Positions 39,300-53,085 of a stretch of 64,000 nucleotides of DNA are shown here, in pieces. Both the position numbers and the translations under genes were made by a program. The notes beneath the pieces are model-generated. The model was not told the origin of the DNA, ran no database searches, and saw only the letters and a program-made list of their open reading frames with translations. Numbering within the stretch: the first letter of the stretch is position 1; every line of letters begins with the position of its first letter. The stretch comes from Balanoglossus misakiensis (taxonomy: Eukaryota > Animalia > Hemichordata), in assembly GCA_040954595.2 (NCBI GenBank), contig CM082582.2:11461483-11525482 (forward strand), written 5' to 3'.

Positions 39300-40903
39300 T
39301 AAAATATATATATATATGTATTTGTGTAACAGTGCATAGAAAACAATATCTTATGTTACGGCAGTATGTGTATGTTAATTTAAAGTATGGCGATTTCATG
39401 TGTGAAATCGGAAGCGGAAAGAAATGAATTGTCAATCCGAAGCTTTAGCAAGACCAGTTCATTTCTATCATGCACGACTCAAACTATCGACCCCGGTAAT
39501 CCCTTTTTAAAATTAAAAAGCGCCCACTTTTAAACTTGTAAATATTCAATGTATACTTCGACACGGGCAGGCATTTCGCTCGAACTGGCCAGTTGCCTTA
39601 TGAATCTATGTTCGAGTAGTATTCGTATGTAAACAGGGCCAATATTCTGCGGGTGAAATTACTTTTTAAAACCGAGCATAAATTACTTCAATCACTCGAA
39701 AGAATCTACATTTTTCTGTCGCATTATGGCGTTTGGAAAATTGCATTTTATACACTCACACACTGTATTCATAGTAAGCGCGCAATGTGAATTTTAATAT
39801 TTTCAGAACTACAACAGTGGTTAATATCACAGATGGTGGTTTTATACTGTCGTGTCTGTGTGCTCCTTATGGGAGTGGTCCGTCCGAATAGAGCTCGATA
39901 CTTTTATTTTTTTTCGAATGAACATTGTATTATAAGAAGGAAGAACAATGCACACACTTTTTTTACAGTACATGTATACATCTTTTTCTTATGCAATCAA
40001 ATGTTTGTATGTATCGAGGCAAACGATTAAATGAGTTTTAATATATGCATTTTCAACTATTTTCGTGCACACTGTACATTGGGTATTATGGTAGAGTTGT
40101 GTCTACATTTTATACGTGAGATTCGACCTCTGTTTGAGGTCTACCCTTCAACATTTAATTTTATGATAACGGGCTTTAGGGTCTAATTAGTGAAGCAGAC
40201 AACGCTTGAGTTAAGAACCGTCTGTCTACGTTTGTCTGTCTTTCCTCTGAGAACAGACCTAAGTAATTATAATGTGCGTACATGCAATCGTGTATGTATG
40301 TCAGATAAACTCGTCCCCACTGCTGACAGATTCTCATATACGTTTTTCGTCAATGAGATGCAGTGCAGATTGATGGATGCGTCATGTTATATCTTGAGTC
40401 AAAGTTGAGTAGACAGGCGTGACACAGAAAGTAGGACATCGGATCAATCTATAGAACGAGGTTGAAGTGACATTCAATGCATTCATTTTGTGAACACACC
40501 CATACAACAACAGTGAAAAAATGTCACCTGTCAACAATGCAAACATTAAACCTTCTTGTGGAGAAATAATACGAATTGAAATAGCGTGGCTGGGTTTATG
40601 CGCTATGTGTAAATACGTCAGGCTGAATAGGATCTAGTGTACTGTGGAGAAGAAAGGTGTTTTTGAGTACAGCGTGTATTATACTGACCACCTGCAGGGT
40701 CGGACGTGATTGAAGGAATCCAATATTTCTGAACCAGAATTACTTATTTTTGGCAGTTTTGTCAGTAGTTTATCTATTCATTACTGTCTATCATCAGTAT
40801 AGTATACATCCTTGAAAAAACAAATCGTACATACAAATAATCGGCGACTCAACGCGATATTGATATACCGTGCAAGGCTTATATATACATCGTACTACCT
40901 GTA

Positions 40904-40998
40904 GTTACTGAGGATATGCTAATTACGGCGGCCGCCATGATGTGACGACAGATTTCAATGCTCCATTTGTTATGGTATACTGTGGAAACAGAAGAGGG
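40904..40998 (+). promoter_or_regulatory. R8 promoter / non-coding exon 1: X-box plus YY1-like element
   Basis: GTTACTGAGGATAT (40904-40917), GCCGCCATGATGTGACGAC (40931-), donor GAGG/GTAAGT at ~40998. Confidence 0.55.
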
Positions 40999-41832
40999 TA
41001 AGTTTCTTTGTAATATTTGCCGTGGATACCGTTCTGTTTAGCTAAACACGCTAGGGGCGGGGGGGGGGGGTGAGAGCTCCACACAAACCCCGCATTCCAT
41101 GTAATTTGGACAATGTCATAATTTTGTAAATGATTCCGAGTCTATGGGTTTTCGTTCGTGCATGAACTTTTCAGCGACCTTTTGGGCGGTGCTTCTAAGA
41201 CGTACAAGTAGATCCGAGAGGTGAGAGGTGGTCAAGGTCTGTGCCGTGTGAAATTGACGAGACTGTACGTCATATACATTTGATAAAACTCGCCAAGTAA
41301 CGCCGCGGCGTCACCGGTTGCTGTGTTCCCCCTAAGCATTGCCGGCATGCAGATTCTCTCTGTTTTCGAGTTATTGTTGGAAGTGTCAGCCCTCAGAGTT
41401 GATTCATGGCACGTAGACAAGTGGTGACACAGCCGCGCCATTGTGCGTTGTAATAGACGTACCCCAAATTAGTAGAAAACCCGTGATGAGTTATATTTTG
41501 CATATTATGAATGCAATTGTGAACACAGCATCTGTGTAAGAGGAAACCGTTTTCTGATTGGCCAACTCAAATGCGTCCAGTGCAGTTGGCAACTTGACGA
41601 GTAGACTGTCTTTCCTGATTGGCATGCCATGCCGTAACATGTAAGAACAGTAACTGGTTTTGACGAGATAGTAACATCTGGCATAGGCGATTGCCTATAT
41701 CGTAAGTTGTTTTGGACCCTTATGTGAAGCGGCCACGCAAACTAACGGGATCTTGTACATGTATTCTTTCAGGCAGCATAAACACTAGCTATATATATCA
41801 TTGTATTGCACCAGAACGTGGTTCACCGAGAA

Positions 41833-44800
41833 ATGAAAGGAGTATCGGTGTTGGCGATATTACTCTACCTGTCATGGCCATCAATCGCAGAGTACGATTC
41901 CTTCGAGGTTGCCGCAGACCGCCATCATCGTGGACATGATAGAGGTGAAGTATTTAAACACGCATCAACGTTAATTAGATCTTCACACTTTTGTTAAAGT
42001 TCAAGCGGCATGTTAACCTAACTTCATGTTGGTTTCAGCTCAGGTATGACAACCACCGGTTTAATTATGCAAGGACTGAGTGAAGGAGGGGGGGGGGTAG
42101 ATTTTCCCCGGCACCGTGTAATTGTATGTGAATTGAGATTCCCTACACCACTTTCACTTCATCACAGTTCAGCGACACCAAGCTTAAGAATAAACAGCCA
42201 TCGTCTTCTTGTTTCCATAGAGACGCGAGCATTGGGAGACTGTGGCGGGACCTTCACAGACACATCGGGAGAGATCGCGTCTCCCTCCTACCCGAGTAGC
42301 TATGCCAACAGTCAAGATTGCGACTATGTGATAATGGTGTCGTCTAACTTAAATGTTGTGGTAAGATTTTCTTTCAATTTGGCTCGCTAATATGCTGGCA
42401 GGATTTCTTCCAGTCTCAGGTGGTACATACAGTCTGCCTAGCAAATTGAATGTGTTTTGCGAGTATTTCAGGAATTAGATGGTACATCATACAGCACTCC
42501 ATGGTATACTCTGTCGGCGCAGGCACACGACGCCATTTTACGTGTAAACCGCACACCTTTTTACATGTGCATAGTGTGACCTCAGGCCTTTTTGAAGTCG
42601 ACTCTATCGTCTTTTTGTTTCACTGTAGTCTGGTTCAAACACATGAACACGCAGACCATTATTCAATATGGCGTCAACATTATACTTTATATACGGCAAC
42701 GGACTCTTAGATAACAATTTTAGAATCATTTATGTACAACATTTACAGGATCTGTTAAAACTAATTATCGGTTTCTTTTGACATTTGCCGCTTTTTCCTG
42801 TATTGTGATTTGAAGCACATTTTTTTGCCTGTCATGGCTATCGTTTAACTGCCGCGATCTTTGCCATTCTTTCAACCAGTTGCAATTTGACATGTTCAAC
42901 ACAGAGGCGGACGACATCGACTATGTCGACATTTTCGACGGCGCGCAGCCGCAGGACGCGGACCGCATCGGCAAGTACTCCGGGACGGAGCTTCCGGGTA
43001 TCATCCACTCCTCCGGACCGAATCTCTTGGTCCGCTTCCATTCGGACGCCACCACTAACAACCCAGGATTCTACGCCAGGTACAGCACCACTCAAGGAGA
43101 CTACACGTACGGCGACTGTGGTGGTACCTACACCACAGACACAGGGTCGTTTACATCGCCGGACTACCCTGCCGACTATACCTACGACCAGGATTGTTAT
43201 TACAGCATATCTTTGTCGTCGGGAAGCAAAATACGGGTAATAATGTTTGTCTGTTGTACTCGTACTTGTCCGCACATTTCTTACCTACATATACTACCTT
43301 GATTTAACACGACACACTTCTTTTGGTTTCAAAGCTCGAGTTTCTTGCCTTCGCGACGGAGACCAATCACGACTACGTCCAGGTCTACGACGGAAGTTCA
43401 ACCGGCGCGACAATGATCGCAAAATACTCCGGGTCTTCCGTACCGTCCATCACCACGTCCACAGGATCCAGCCTCTATATTCATTTTCACTCGGACGCAA
43501 ACGGTGAAAGGGATGGCTTCTATGCGGTGTATAGTCTTGCCAACGCCCAAACGTATTCCGGTGAGTTTTACCCTCCCTCCCCACTACCGCGCCCCGAGAT
43601 TTATTTAAAGCTCCACGTCGTTCATTGCGCGTGTGACAATGTACTAGTAATACAGCATTAGAGGAACTGAATATTGTTTTCGCTTGAATCAGGACAGCAG
43701 AGTCTATCATCAAAACCTGCTTTCGTGTTTTTCTCTGCAGTTTGTGGCGATGACGTCGTGAGCGCCTTTGGCGGTATCGTCCAATCACACGAGTCCTACC
43801 CTAGTTATTACTCCCTCGGCGTGCAGTGCTCGCTTTTCATTCCCATCCAGGAACCCTACAACCGAATATATTTGAAGTTCACCGACATCGATCTGTTTAC
43901 AGGCTTCGCCGACGGTGAGTTGAGTTTGTGCGACTACAGGTTGAAATTGTAGAGACTTATAATAAACTTGCATAAACTATGAATATGAACAAAGCAAACT
44001 TAATGGCAGAGTAATTCTCTCTAAATAATATGTCAGGTTTTCATTTAATGTATTTTATATACTTCATGCCGTTGAGAAGTTTTAAATTTTTTATCGGTGC
44101 ATATTTTTTTCAGACTGCAGTGATTCGGACTACATCACTGTAACAGACACAACTGGAGCCGTTTCCGAAACTCTTTGCGAGAGTGATGACGCTCGTACTA
44201 TTGTGACCCCGGATGGCATTTCCGGTTTAAATGTGACCTTTATCAGTTCCGGTGTCCATACGTCAACCTACAAAGGATTCACTGCGATTTTCGCGCTGTA
44301 TTACATAACGAGCGGTAAGTTGACGACAGTAAACGACTTCTTCAATTTTATTTATTTGTCAAATCCTCAAAATGTTTATATGTCAATAAAGACTCATGCC
44401 TTTCACCTGCTATTTTACAGGTGATTGTGGCACATTCGATTACGCATGTGCAAATAGAGAATGCATTTCCAGTGTCTTGCGTTGTGATGGTTCCGAACAC
44501 TGCCAAGATGGCTCCGATGAAACCAGCTGTTCTGACACCAGTGCGGGTACGTATACATGCTCACCACAAATGCGGACTTCCAGACCGACAAATTATGCGC
44601 CTTGCAACAACGTCTTAAGCTTGTGTTACTTGCTTGCATTCAGCCTGCAGAGAGTTCTCAATCATGACGTTCTGTCGCACCATCCCGTAACATACAGTAG
44701 TACCAACAGGCGTCAATCATTGTGATAACGTTACCATGTGATAAATAAATAGATAAATAAAAACAGTGGATTCGTCACACAAGTCTACGACAGACGATTG

Positions 44801-45378
44801 TAGGGGCTGTAGAGATCTCCTTCACAGGTTCCCAGCGCTATTAAATTTGTTTTTGGTGCTCTCTTCCACAGCCTCTCTCGACACAGCTGTTATAGCCGGA
44901 TTGGCCATCGGTGGCGTGGCGCTTTTCGTGATCATAATCATCGTCTGTGTATGCTACTGTAAGAAATCGCCGTCCACAGCGCCCCATCCACCTCGCAGAC
45001 CTGTCGCGGCTGATACCAGTATGAGGACACCGACAATGGCTGCAACTTTGCCAGGGTTAGCTAATATTATTTGCTCACTGACTGACTGACTGTTGACTCA
45101 CTGACTCACTCACTCACTCATTGCAGACGGATAGTGACAATTGACAGCTAGCTGACACATCCAACACAAATTAGTCATCTCAAGAATTCTATAAATATTT
45201 TTTTTCGAAAATGAGATAATAATTGAAGATCCATTGTTTTCTATACAGACCCCAGCCTCTGGATCCAACCCAGCAGTTCATCGGTTACGAGAACACGACG
45301 AACACAGCAGTGCACTCTCAACCGCAGCAAGGTTATGGAGCTTACTACGAGCCGGAATATCCCGGAGCTGTCGACTAA
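41833..45378 (+). CDS. R8: SP - CUB x2 - divergent CUB - LDLa - TM - Tyr-motif tail (~549 aa)
   Basis: Exons 41833-41944, 42221-42360, 42880-43236, 43335-43560, 43741-43914, 44114-44314, 44421-44546, 44872-45055, 45249-45378, in phase. SP MKGVSVLAILLYLSWPSIA; LDLa CGTFDYACANRECISSVLRCDGSEHCQDGSDETSC; tail DPTQQFIGYENT..GAYYEPEYP. Confidence 0.88.
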
Positions 45379-46785
45379 AGATCCTTGAACATAGCAGTTA
45401 TGCGAGTTTTAAGAGTTCCGGCGAATGTAGGACAATCATGTACAGCATTTTGTTTATATCAGTATAAATGGTTATTTAATATTATAATAGGCTTAAAGCA
45501 TTTCGCTTTTTATGAAAATTCATGTGATGTCGCGCAGGTTTTTAATTATTTGGCAGTTTTCATCGATTTGAATTGTTTTGACATCCGTCCTTCACAGAGT
45601 ACTGGTGATTTTTGATACATAGATTCATCAGTTTTACGCCGTCCGTGGGATTGACTAAAGTTTGAAATTAAATGTATATGAGCGAAAGGTGTTTCTCGGC
45701 CTCTATTGTGTAAGGGATCGTCGTCTACGTCTGTTTTTGTGCCGTGTGTTTGTACGTCTCCAGGGCTACGAATTTCCGCACCCCTTCATTTCTTTCGGAA
45801 CCATTCGCGTATTTAGCTTGCCATCATAGTAATTATTTTGATGACTTTATAATTTCCTAATTGCCCAGTTTGTTTTCATCGTCACTATATGACCTAAGCT
45901 GAAGTCTCCAGTAGGATTTGGAAAAATCCCCAGCTCGTTTGTAGGTCGAAGTGACATTCAACACACCACTAACCACAATGCAATAACGGTTTTGAACAAT
46001 GCGTCATGTCTGTACCCGCCCTCTCGAAAGGTGAACGATCCTTCACAGAGCGACTCAAAATACCCCTCCATAGTCCACGTTGTGTGGACTGTGGCTTGTT
46101 GAGAGGGGCAAACGTGGGAACCGCACAGCAGATAAATTCTTGATTTAAGTCCATTTCGTCGGACGACTTTGAGAAGACGCCACACAATCGAGCGATTCAG
46201 TCAAGTATGGCACGACCCAAGAAGTAGGACACCGGGTCAATGCGGGACAAACTTCGAGTTTATCCTTCACCTTTGTTATAAGCGTCAAATGATATCCCTC
46301 TTTCAACATTGCACGTTTGCCGATCCCTACTCACATATTGTGTGAATAAACCACTTTCACCAAACCTAAAATCTTGAAAGCCAGCCTGTGTTTCCGTTGT
46401 TATGTGTTGATGTAATCCTTCTGTTCCAAGGTGAGTTAACGCACTTCTATCCAGAGCACCAAATGAATAGCATAGCCGACATACTATTGATATCAAACAA
46501 AACAGCCGACTCTTGTAAGGATCACAAAATACCACGAAGAAAAAAGGTCGTGTAAAGGTCATCACCTGTTTCTGCTCAATGCAAATAAGCTGGTCTGCTG
46601 TTTTTTGTGGCGCTCGCAAATTTGTTTTCTTAAATATCAGCCCGCCTCACCAATATACGGCTTTTTTGCACGATTTAAAATAATTATGCTGTAACTTAAA
46701 ACTAAAAATCGGATTTAACTCTCTTTAAAGGAGACGCACTCTGTTCTCTCGTGATTGTACTTCTTACGCTTTCTGCGCACGTGCT

Positions 46786-46896
46786 GTTTCCAAGGATACA
46801 TCTGCATGCGGCGGCCATGTTGTGACGACGAGTCGCTGAATAGCGAACGGTTCATCGCCGTCACGTCACGCGGCTCACCGGCTGGGAGAGAAAACG
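46786..46896 (+). promoter_or_regulatory. R9 promoter / non-coding exon 1: X-box plus YY1-like element
   Basis: GTTTCCAAGGATAC (46786-46799; full consensus on the reverse strand), GCGGCCATGTTGTGACGAC (46811-), donor ACG/GTAGGT at ~46896. Confidence 0.58.
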
Positions 46897-47722
46897 GTAG
46901 GTAATCTCGTTTGCTGAAACATCATTCACACGAAGCGTGAAACTCGCGGTTTGGAAGTTGTGAACTCGAGTAAGTTTCAAGCTCAAGGGAACAACTTTTC
47001 CACTTGCCGTGTTCAGGGGAAGATGCGTTGTATGCAATTATGGTAGTGAATCTCGGTTTATTCAAAGGACGAGGTTGAGAATATGTAGTGTGTACCCTAG
47101 CCAAAATGGAGTCCGTTCGGGCTGACCGACCTGACAGAGTTTTTTGTGTGGGCATTTGCATCACAAAGCGTAACTTCGGCATATGGATCGATAATTTGAA
47201 ATAATTCTTCAGGTATTCCTTTTTGTATGCTCTATCAGGTTATTCCACTGTGAACCATACCAAGTCAGTGCCAACTTATTGTCTCGTATGTACGCCTAGT
47301 ATTTCGGCAACGCATTGGGTAAACAAGTAAGTAAAACTGAAAAGCGATATGTTCTGGTCGGCAGCTGACCGTTTCTCTGTTAAAATGTCTGCCTTCTTGA
47401 TTTCAACGGCTTAGCTGAGCTAATTTAATATTCACATAGTGACCACTTCATTATTTGTATACTGACACCGTCACCAATTAGACTCCGTGACCTCATTTCA
47501 TAAGTGTCTAACTTCGAATAACTTTCTCTGTCAGCATTATCATTCGGGGAAAATCTGTATGGTATTCCCTGTTTCAGCAAAATTGTTTCAATCTCTGAAA
47601 AATCGACCCGAAGTCGAGATAAAAACACCTGCAATTAATTAATGAAATTAATGTTAGCGTTTTTTCAAATTTATTAAACTGTTATTTTTCTCAGATAATA
47701 TAGCTACCGATAGTTCACTACA

Positions 47723-50700
47723 ATGAACGGCCCACTCTTGGCGATTTTATTATGTTCATCGTTAAAGTCTACTATCGCAGCGACATATTCTGGTAAGTCA
47801 AACTTTTGTTCGGGAGTTTGCATATGATTCAGATTTAATCTATGGAAGTCACGTCTGGAAGAAGAGAAATCCGTAAAAAATGCAAGTTGGAAATGACAAT
47901 TTAGCGCTGCAAGAACCAACCCACCTTATTTTTATACATATGTTGGTTGTTTAACAAAGGAGAAATTCCAAATCAAACTTTTGTAATAACACAATATCAT
48001 ATATCATACAGCACAACGCAGTGTAGTTTTGTTAAGGACGACACAATTTTTGGATAAGGTAGTAAACAGCAATTACACACAACAACATACAGAAATTATG
48101 CAGCCTCGTTTGTGCTTTGCAGTTTGTGGTGACGATACTGCGTCGGGGTATGGCGGCATCATCAACTCACACGACTCGTATCCAAGCTACTACAGTCTCG
48201 GCTTGGATTGCTCTATTGTCATTCCAAATCAGGATCCTTTCGACCTTATTGATCTGACGTTCACCGCTGTGGATCTCTTCTACGGAGGTAACGCAGGTAA
48301 GGTAGCAGCCTCATAGATCATTTTTCGAACTCTACGAGACCCTACGAAATCTCGCGTGGCTTTAGGCACTATACACGCGAGGACATTATCATTTGTCACA
48401 GGACAAACAACACATGACCCATCTTGTTAAACGGCACAAAGGTTAACCGTATTGTTCAACGTAACTCTGCCCCTATTTAGTTTCATTTTATACGAAGCTT
48501 GACTTGTATTACTTGGCTACCAACTCTTTGCTAATTAACAAGTCTCGCGATATCTGAGCGGAAAATCATATAATGGAATTTTGGCTGACAGAAATGGAAA
48601 GAGTCTTTTAAAATTGTAACAATTTCATTACCAATAAAATATTTGTTGGAAAAATGATTCTTTGTGAAATAATTTTCAGATTGCTCTGGCTCTGACTACG
48701 TCAAGGCGACCTGGGCATCAACGAGCCAGGTTTTCGAAACCGTTTGCCAAAGCAGTGATGTTGGAACACTGTTCAGTACACCACCCAGTGAACCCTCTAT
48801 AAATGTGACCTTTGTGACTGTCGATTCACATACGACATCTTACACAGGATTCTCTGCTATCTACACCCTCTATTACGACGTCAACGGTAAGTTGAAGAAT
48901 GAAATGGCTCGAGTTTTTCAAAGTTTAATGTCATTGTCAATCCTCTGATAGCCGTTCTCAACTTGCATTATATTAGGGGAGAACTACTTGATTTTTAGGG
49001 ACGGAGGATTTGTGGGGGTTTGTTAGCAGATGGTGCAGAGGAAAATATTCTACGATGTCCTGAGGAAAAAAGAGGGACCAGAATAAAACAATTTGCTGTA
49101 ACAGTGGCTTAATTTTTAGTTTGCTGACAAATACTCCACCCTCCCAGAAATCAAATGGTTTTCTCCTTACGCGCATGCCTGGTTTATCTTTACAGGTGGA
49201 AGCTGCGCAGGTTCAGACTTCGACTGTGGTAACCAGTTTTGCATATCAAGTACTCTTCGCTGCGATGGTATTGAACACTGTCAAGGTGGTGCAGATGAAT
49301 ACGGTTGCTCGGGCTCCTGTACGTAAAATGGCATATTTATGCACGTGGGCAATTATATTGGAGAATCCGTCGGACTAGGGCGCTCCCTGCGCTCAGATGG
49401 GGGGGGGGGCAGGGAGCACCCTCGAATTATGGTTTCCCAGACTAGATAGTGGGCAGTAAACTTAAATCAAAGTGTAGTTTCTGCTCTTTTGCATAAACGT
49501 GGTATGTTTTCTATGTCCATTTTCAATATCTAATAAGTCTTATTTGACGAAATGGCTAACTTTCAGTCAGTCTACATGGTTTGCAGACAAAATCGCTATT
49601 GTTGACAAATTGAATTAAAATACGGACTGGAATTCGTAATGTCGACACAATGGTGTGACAAAACGAATACTGTGGGGCCTCAACATTCCTACGAATGGAA
49701 CATGACGGTATATTTGATACATAGAAGGACACACACACTAAAACATCCTAAGGCTGCATTCACAAACACCTCTGGAGGGGGGGGCAGGAGAATTGAGGGG
49801 GGGGATTTGAAAAAATTGAGGGTATGTAAGGGGGGGGGATTTGAAATAATTTAGGGACTGAAAGGGGGGGACTTGAAAAATTTTAACGACTAAATATTTA
49901 TTTTGAGTCCACAAAAATGCAGTTTCGCGCCCTTTATTTTACAAAATTTTCTAATGTGGGAGGGGGACACCCCCTCCCACACCCACCCCCTCCATTCATC
50001 AACACCTTTCAATCATTGACTGGTTTATCTAGTGTCCCAGGTCAGGGGACTTGCCCCACCCCATGATAACTTTGAGCGGCGACGGTTAAATTTGTCCTCC
50101 CCAACATACCGGTAGTTGAGTTAATTTGCTTTTGCCGGGTTCATTAAAATGCAGCTTTGAGCTCTGTATTTTAGAAAATTTTCTTACGTGGGAGGGGGAC
50201 ACCCCCTCCCAAACCCACCCCCTTCAATTCTCGGTTTACAATGTCTCCCAACACAGAATACAAATATATCTACTTAAAAAATAAAAACAATGTTCAGTTT
50301 TAATACCCACTGATGAGGGGAAACATCAGTTTCAAATTCTTTTCATGGGAGCGCTGTTTTTCTTTTTACAAGATAGATAGGTGATGTGTTTTGCTCTGTG
50401 AAAGAAAATGGGGGGGGGGATTTCAAAATTTTGGCAGTTCGGAAGGGGGGGATTTGAAAATATTGGCAGTTCGGAAGGGGGGCATGTGAAAATTAGCGGT
50501 AAAAAAAATTGAATTCTCCCGCCCCCCCCTCCAGAGGTGTTTGTGAATGCAGCCTAATGCGGAAATGGTTCTCTTCCGAGACAGTTGCTTCGTTCTCACC
50601 GCTTCCTTTCCTTGACACTCTGTAACACACAGCCCAGCCTGAGTGCAGTGATTCCGAGTTCGCCTGTACGAATGGGCAATGTGTATCCACTGCCTACAGA

Positions 50701-51457
50701 TGCGATGGCACGGACCAATGCGGCGACAACTCAGATGAAGCCAGCTGTTCTGCAGTAACTTCAGCCCCTGGTTCAGGTGCGTAGAAACCTACGGTGCAGT
50801 TAGTTATAAACCACTATGTAGTCCATTTACTTTTGGCACAGTCCCTGTCAAATAGACAGGCTTTGCTTTTGGCCATCCCCAAGTAGATCAAATTTAGACG
50901 TTGGTTTCTTCCGATGGTGAAAGGTCAGTACAGTCGTTGATGTCAAAACACACTACTGCAATCATATCGTGTCCACTTACAAGTTGTTTTTGCGTTCCCA
51001 GGTTCAACCTCTCTCGACACAGGGACGATAGCTGGGTTGGCCATAGCCGCCATTGTGGTCGTAGCGATCGTGATCATCGTCATCGTATACTGTGTTTATA
51101 AGAAGTCATCGTCCACAGCACCTGCAACAACCAGTAAACCCGACGCAGCCACAGCCGATACCAGTGAAAAGGCATCGCCACCAGCCGCCGCGCCGGAGTG
51201 AGTAATAACCCTTTGATTTCTGTGAAGAAGCTTTATTGTGTCATAACTTAAGAGAGATTCAAGTTAAATGACGACTATTATTTATTATCAAATTCAATGT
51301 ATTTTTTTTCTACAGAACGGTTGATTCAATGAAAACACTAGTCACCAACCAGAACGTGAACAACACTCAACCATCACAGCCTGCCGCACACGGGGGATAT
51401 GGCGAATATTACGAACCCGCTTATCCGCTGGACCCTAAACCACCCGGTCTCGACTGA
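47723..51457 (+). CDS. R9: SP - divergent CUB only - LDLa x2 - TM - tail with YYEP (~351 aa)
   Basis: Exons 47723-47792, 48123-48296, 48680-48886, 49196-49318, 50633-50776, 51002-51197, 51316-51457, in phase. [21 protein letters not shown]; LDLa1 [35 protein letters not shown]; LDLa2 [35 protein letters not shown]; tail GEYYEPAYP. Confidence 0.86.
48976..49166. mobile_element. Degenerate short Harbinger-like MITE (~190 bp) in an R9 intron
   Basis: Imperfect TIRs: GGGGAGAACTACTTGATTTTTAGGGA versus the reverse complement of the right end, GGAGAAAACCATTTGATTTCTGGGA; TTA on both flanks. Confidence 0.55.
49752..50554. mobile_element. PIF/Harbinger-type MITE (~803 bp) in the intron between the two LDLa exons of R9
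   Basis: TIRs GGCTGCATTCACAAACACCTCTGGAGGGGGGG / CCCCCCCTCCAGAGGTGTTTGTGAATGCAGCC; TAA on both flanks (49749-49751, 50555-50557), consistent with the TWA target-site duplication of Harbinger elements. Internal GGGGGGATTTGAAA repeats and GGGAGGGGGACACCCCCTCC hairpins; no ORF. Confidence 0.85.
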
Positions 51458-52056
51458 TGTTGGTTCTGGTGTTTTCTGCAATGAGTACTGTTCTCCTGCA
51501 AGTGAAAATGTCATACACGTGGCATACACGTACGTTTCATTTCAGACATGCACAGTTTATGCTAATAGGGGCAGTTTTTTTTACGCTAATAACAATATAT
51601 ATTTGTGAATAGGGAAAACGTGCTTGTTTGGGGGAGTGCTATGATTTTGGTTATTTACACATATTGTCCAAACATCAAGGCCTACACCAGTTCATCTTTG
51701 TAGTCTGCAGAATGCGTTTTTAATTCTAAAAGTACACCATTCAGTACTATTCCGTCCATGCTTATTTCAAATAAAATATACAATATTATATTGCTGTGTC
51801 TAGGTCTCTCTTAACATTGTGAGACTGTAAATTAGCATTTCAAAAGACATTGACCTCATTTTGTGAGCCCTTTATAATTTGCATATTAGTCCTCAACATC
51901 TGTACCTGTATATGTAAAGTTGAACTCGTTTTGAGTGAGTTACCACTGTACAACTCTGACCTATCTGAGGCTGTCTGTCTTACAACATTACGTGCGCGTT
52001 TATGTGTTTATGCACGTCTACATGGAGACTTCAGCAGGTATGTAGATAACTGGGAA

Positions 52057-52083
<27 letters not shown>
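52057..52083. repeat. (GT)n microsatellite between R9 and R10
   Basis: Directly visible. Confidence 0.9.
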
Positions 52084-52087
<4 letters not shown>

Positions 52088-52614
52088 CGCGTACGTATAT
52101 ATCTGTATGAAATGAACTAGAATGTATGCTTATATTTGGTGTACGTGACACTGCGATAAAATCAAAGAGGTCTATACATATGCCCTCAAAATGTAGGGCG
52201 TCACGTCAATGAAAAGAAGAAAGAAAATGCAACGGCATCCACCCACACAGCTGCATTGGACAACACACAGTGGACCTGTCAGCGGCAAACAATGGCCCAT
52301 TGACGCGGACAAACAACGCAAACTGAAAATGGTTCTCACATTTGACGCCCCCAGTTGACAAGGTGGTCTCCTAGGATTTTGTAGGACAAACGAACCGTAG
52401 AATATAGAAGTATTTGTGCCTCATTGAATGAGACTCGAATCCTAAGGTCAAACGTACCCACATAGTGTACCAATATAAAATCTATTTTTGATGGTATACC
52501 CAATATTTGGCCCAAACTACACAGCTTTAAATATGCGTGTTGCTAGATTATGTCACCATGAAATTTTGTATTCCGGTTGAATTTGCTGAGACGTGCGCTT
52601 GGCGTGCTCGTTTT

Positions 52615-52730
52615 GTTACTAGGGATACATGTTAATGTTAGCAACAGAGGCCGCCATGTTGTGACGACATGCACGTCGCTGAATTGATTCATGTGTGCTA
52701 CAGCTCGGCGCGTCTGTCGGATTAGGAAGG
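52615..52730 (+). promoter_or_regulatory. R10 promoter / non-coding exon 1: X-box plus YY1-like element
   Basis: GTTACTAGGGATAC (52615-52628), GCCGCCATGTTGTGACGAC (52650-), donor AAGG/GTAAGA at ~52730. Confidence 0.58.
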
Positions 52731-53085
52731 GTAAGAAATCATTTTCCTTTACTAAATCAGCCACCATTACTTCGCAAATTACATGATGTGAGATTCATAA
52801 TGATATGTTGGCGTAATGTCTAAAATTATGGAGAAAATCAACACTGACATGCATGTGTTGTAGCATTGTCAATGTCAGGTTGACAACACTTGAACAGTTC
52901 ATATATACAATAACGAACACTTCGTTGACACCACCCTCCCTACACGCTTGTCTGACATCAGACTGGCCGCTGTATCACCGGCATTGTCGGTGAAAGGCGC
53001 ATCAGGAAGGCCAAGCCCAATCTTCCCAATGAAATTCGTTTTACTTTTTATTTTCAGAGTGTTTAAAGGCAAGGTTCGCTGAGAA

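Noticed and set aside
49377-49422. GC-rich hairpin AGGGCGCTCCCTGC...GCAGGGAGCACCCT in an R9 intron as a possible ncRNA
   Set aside because: Short stem with a poly-G loop; no miRNA, snoRNA or tRNA hallmarks; more likely a MITE remnant.
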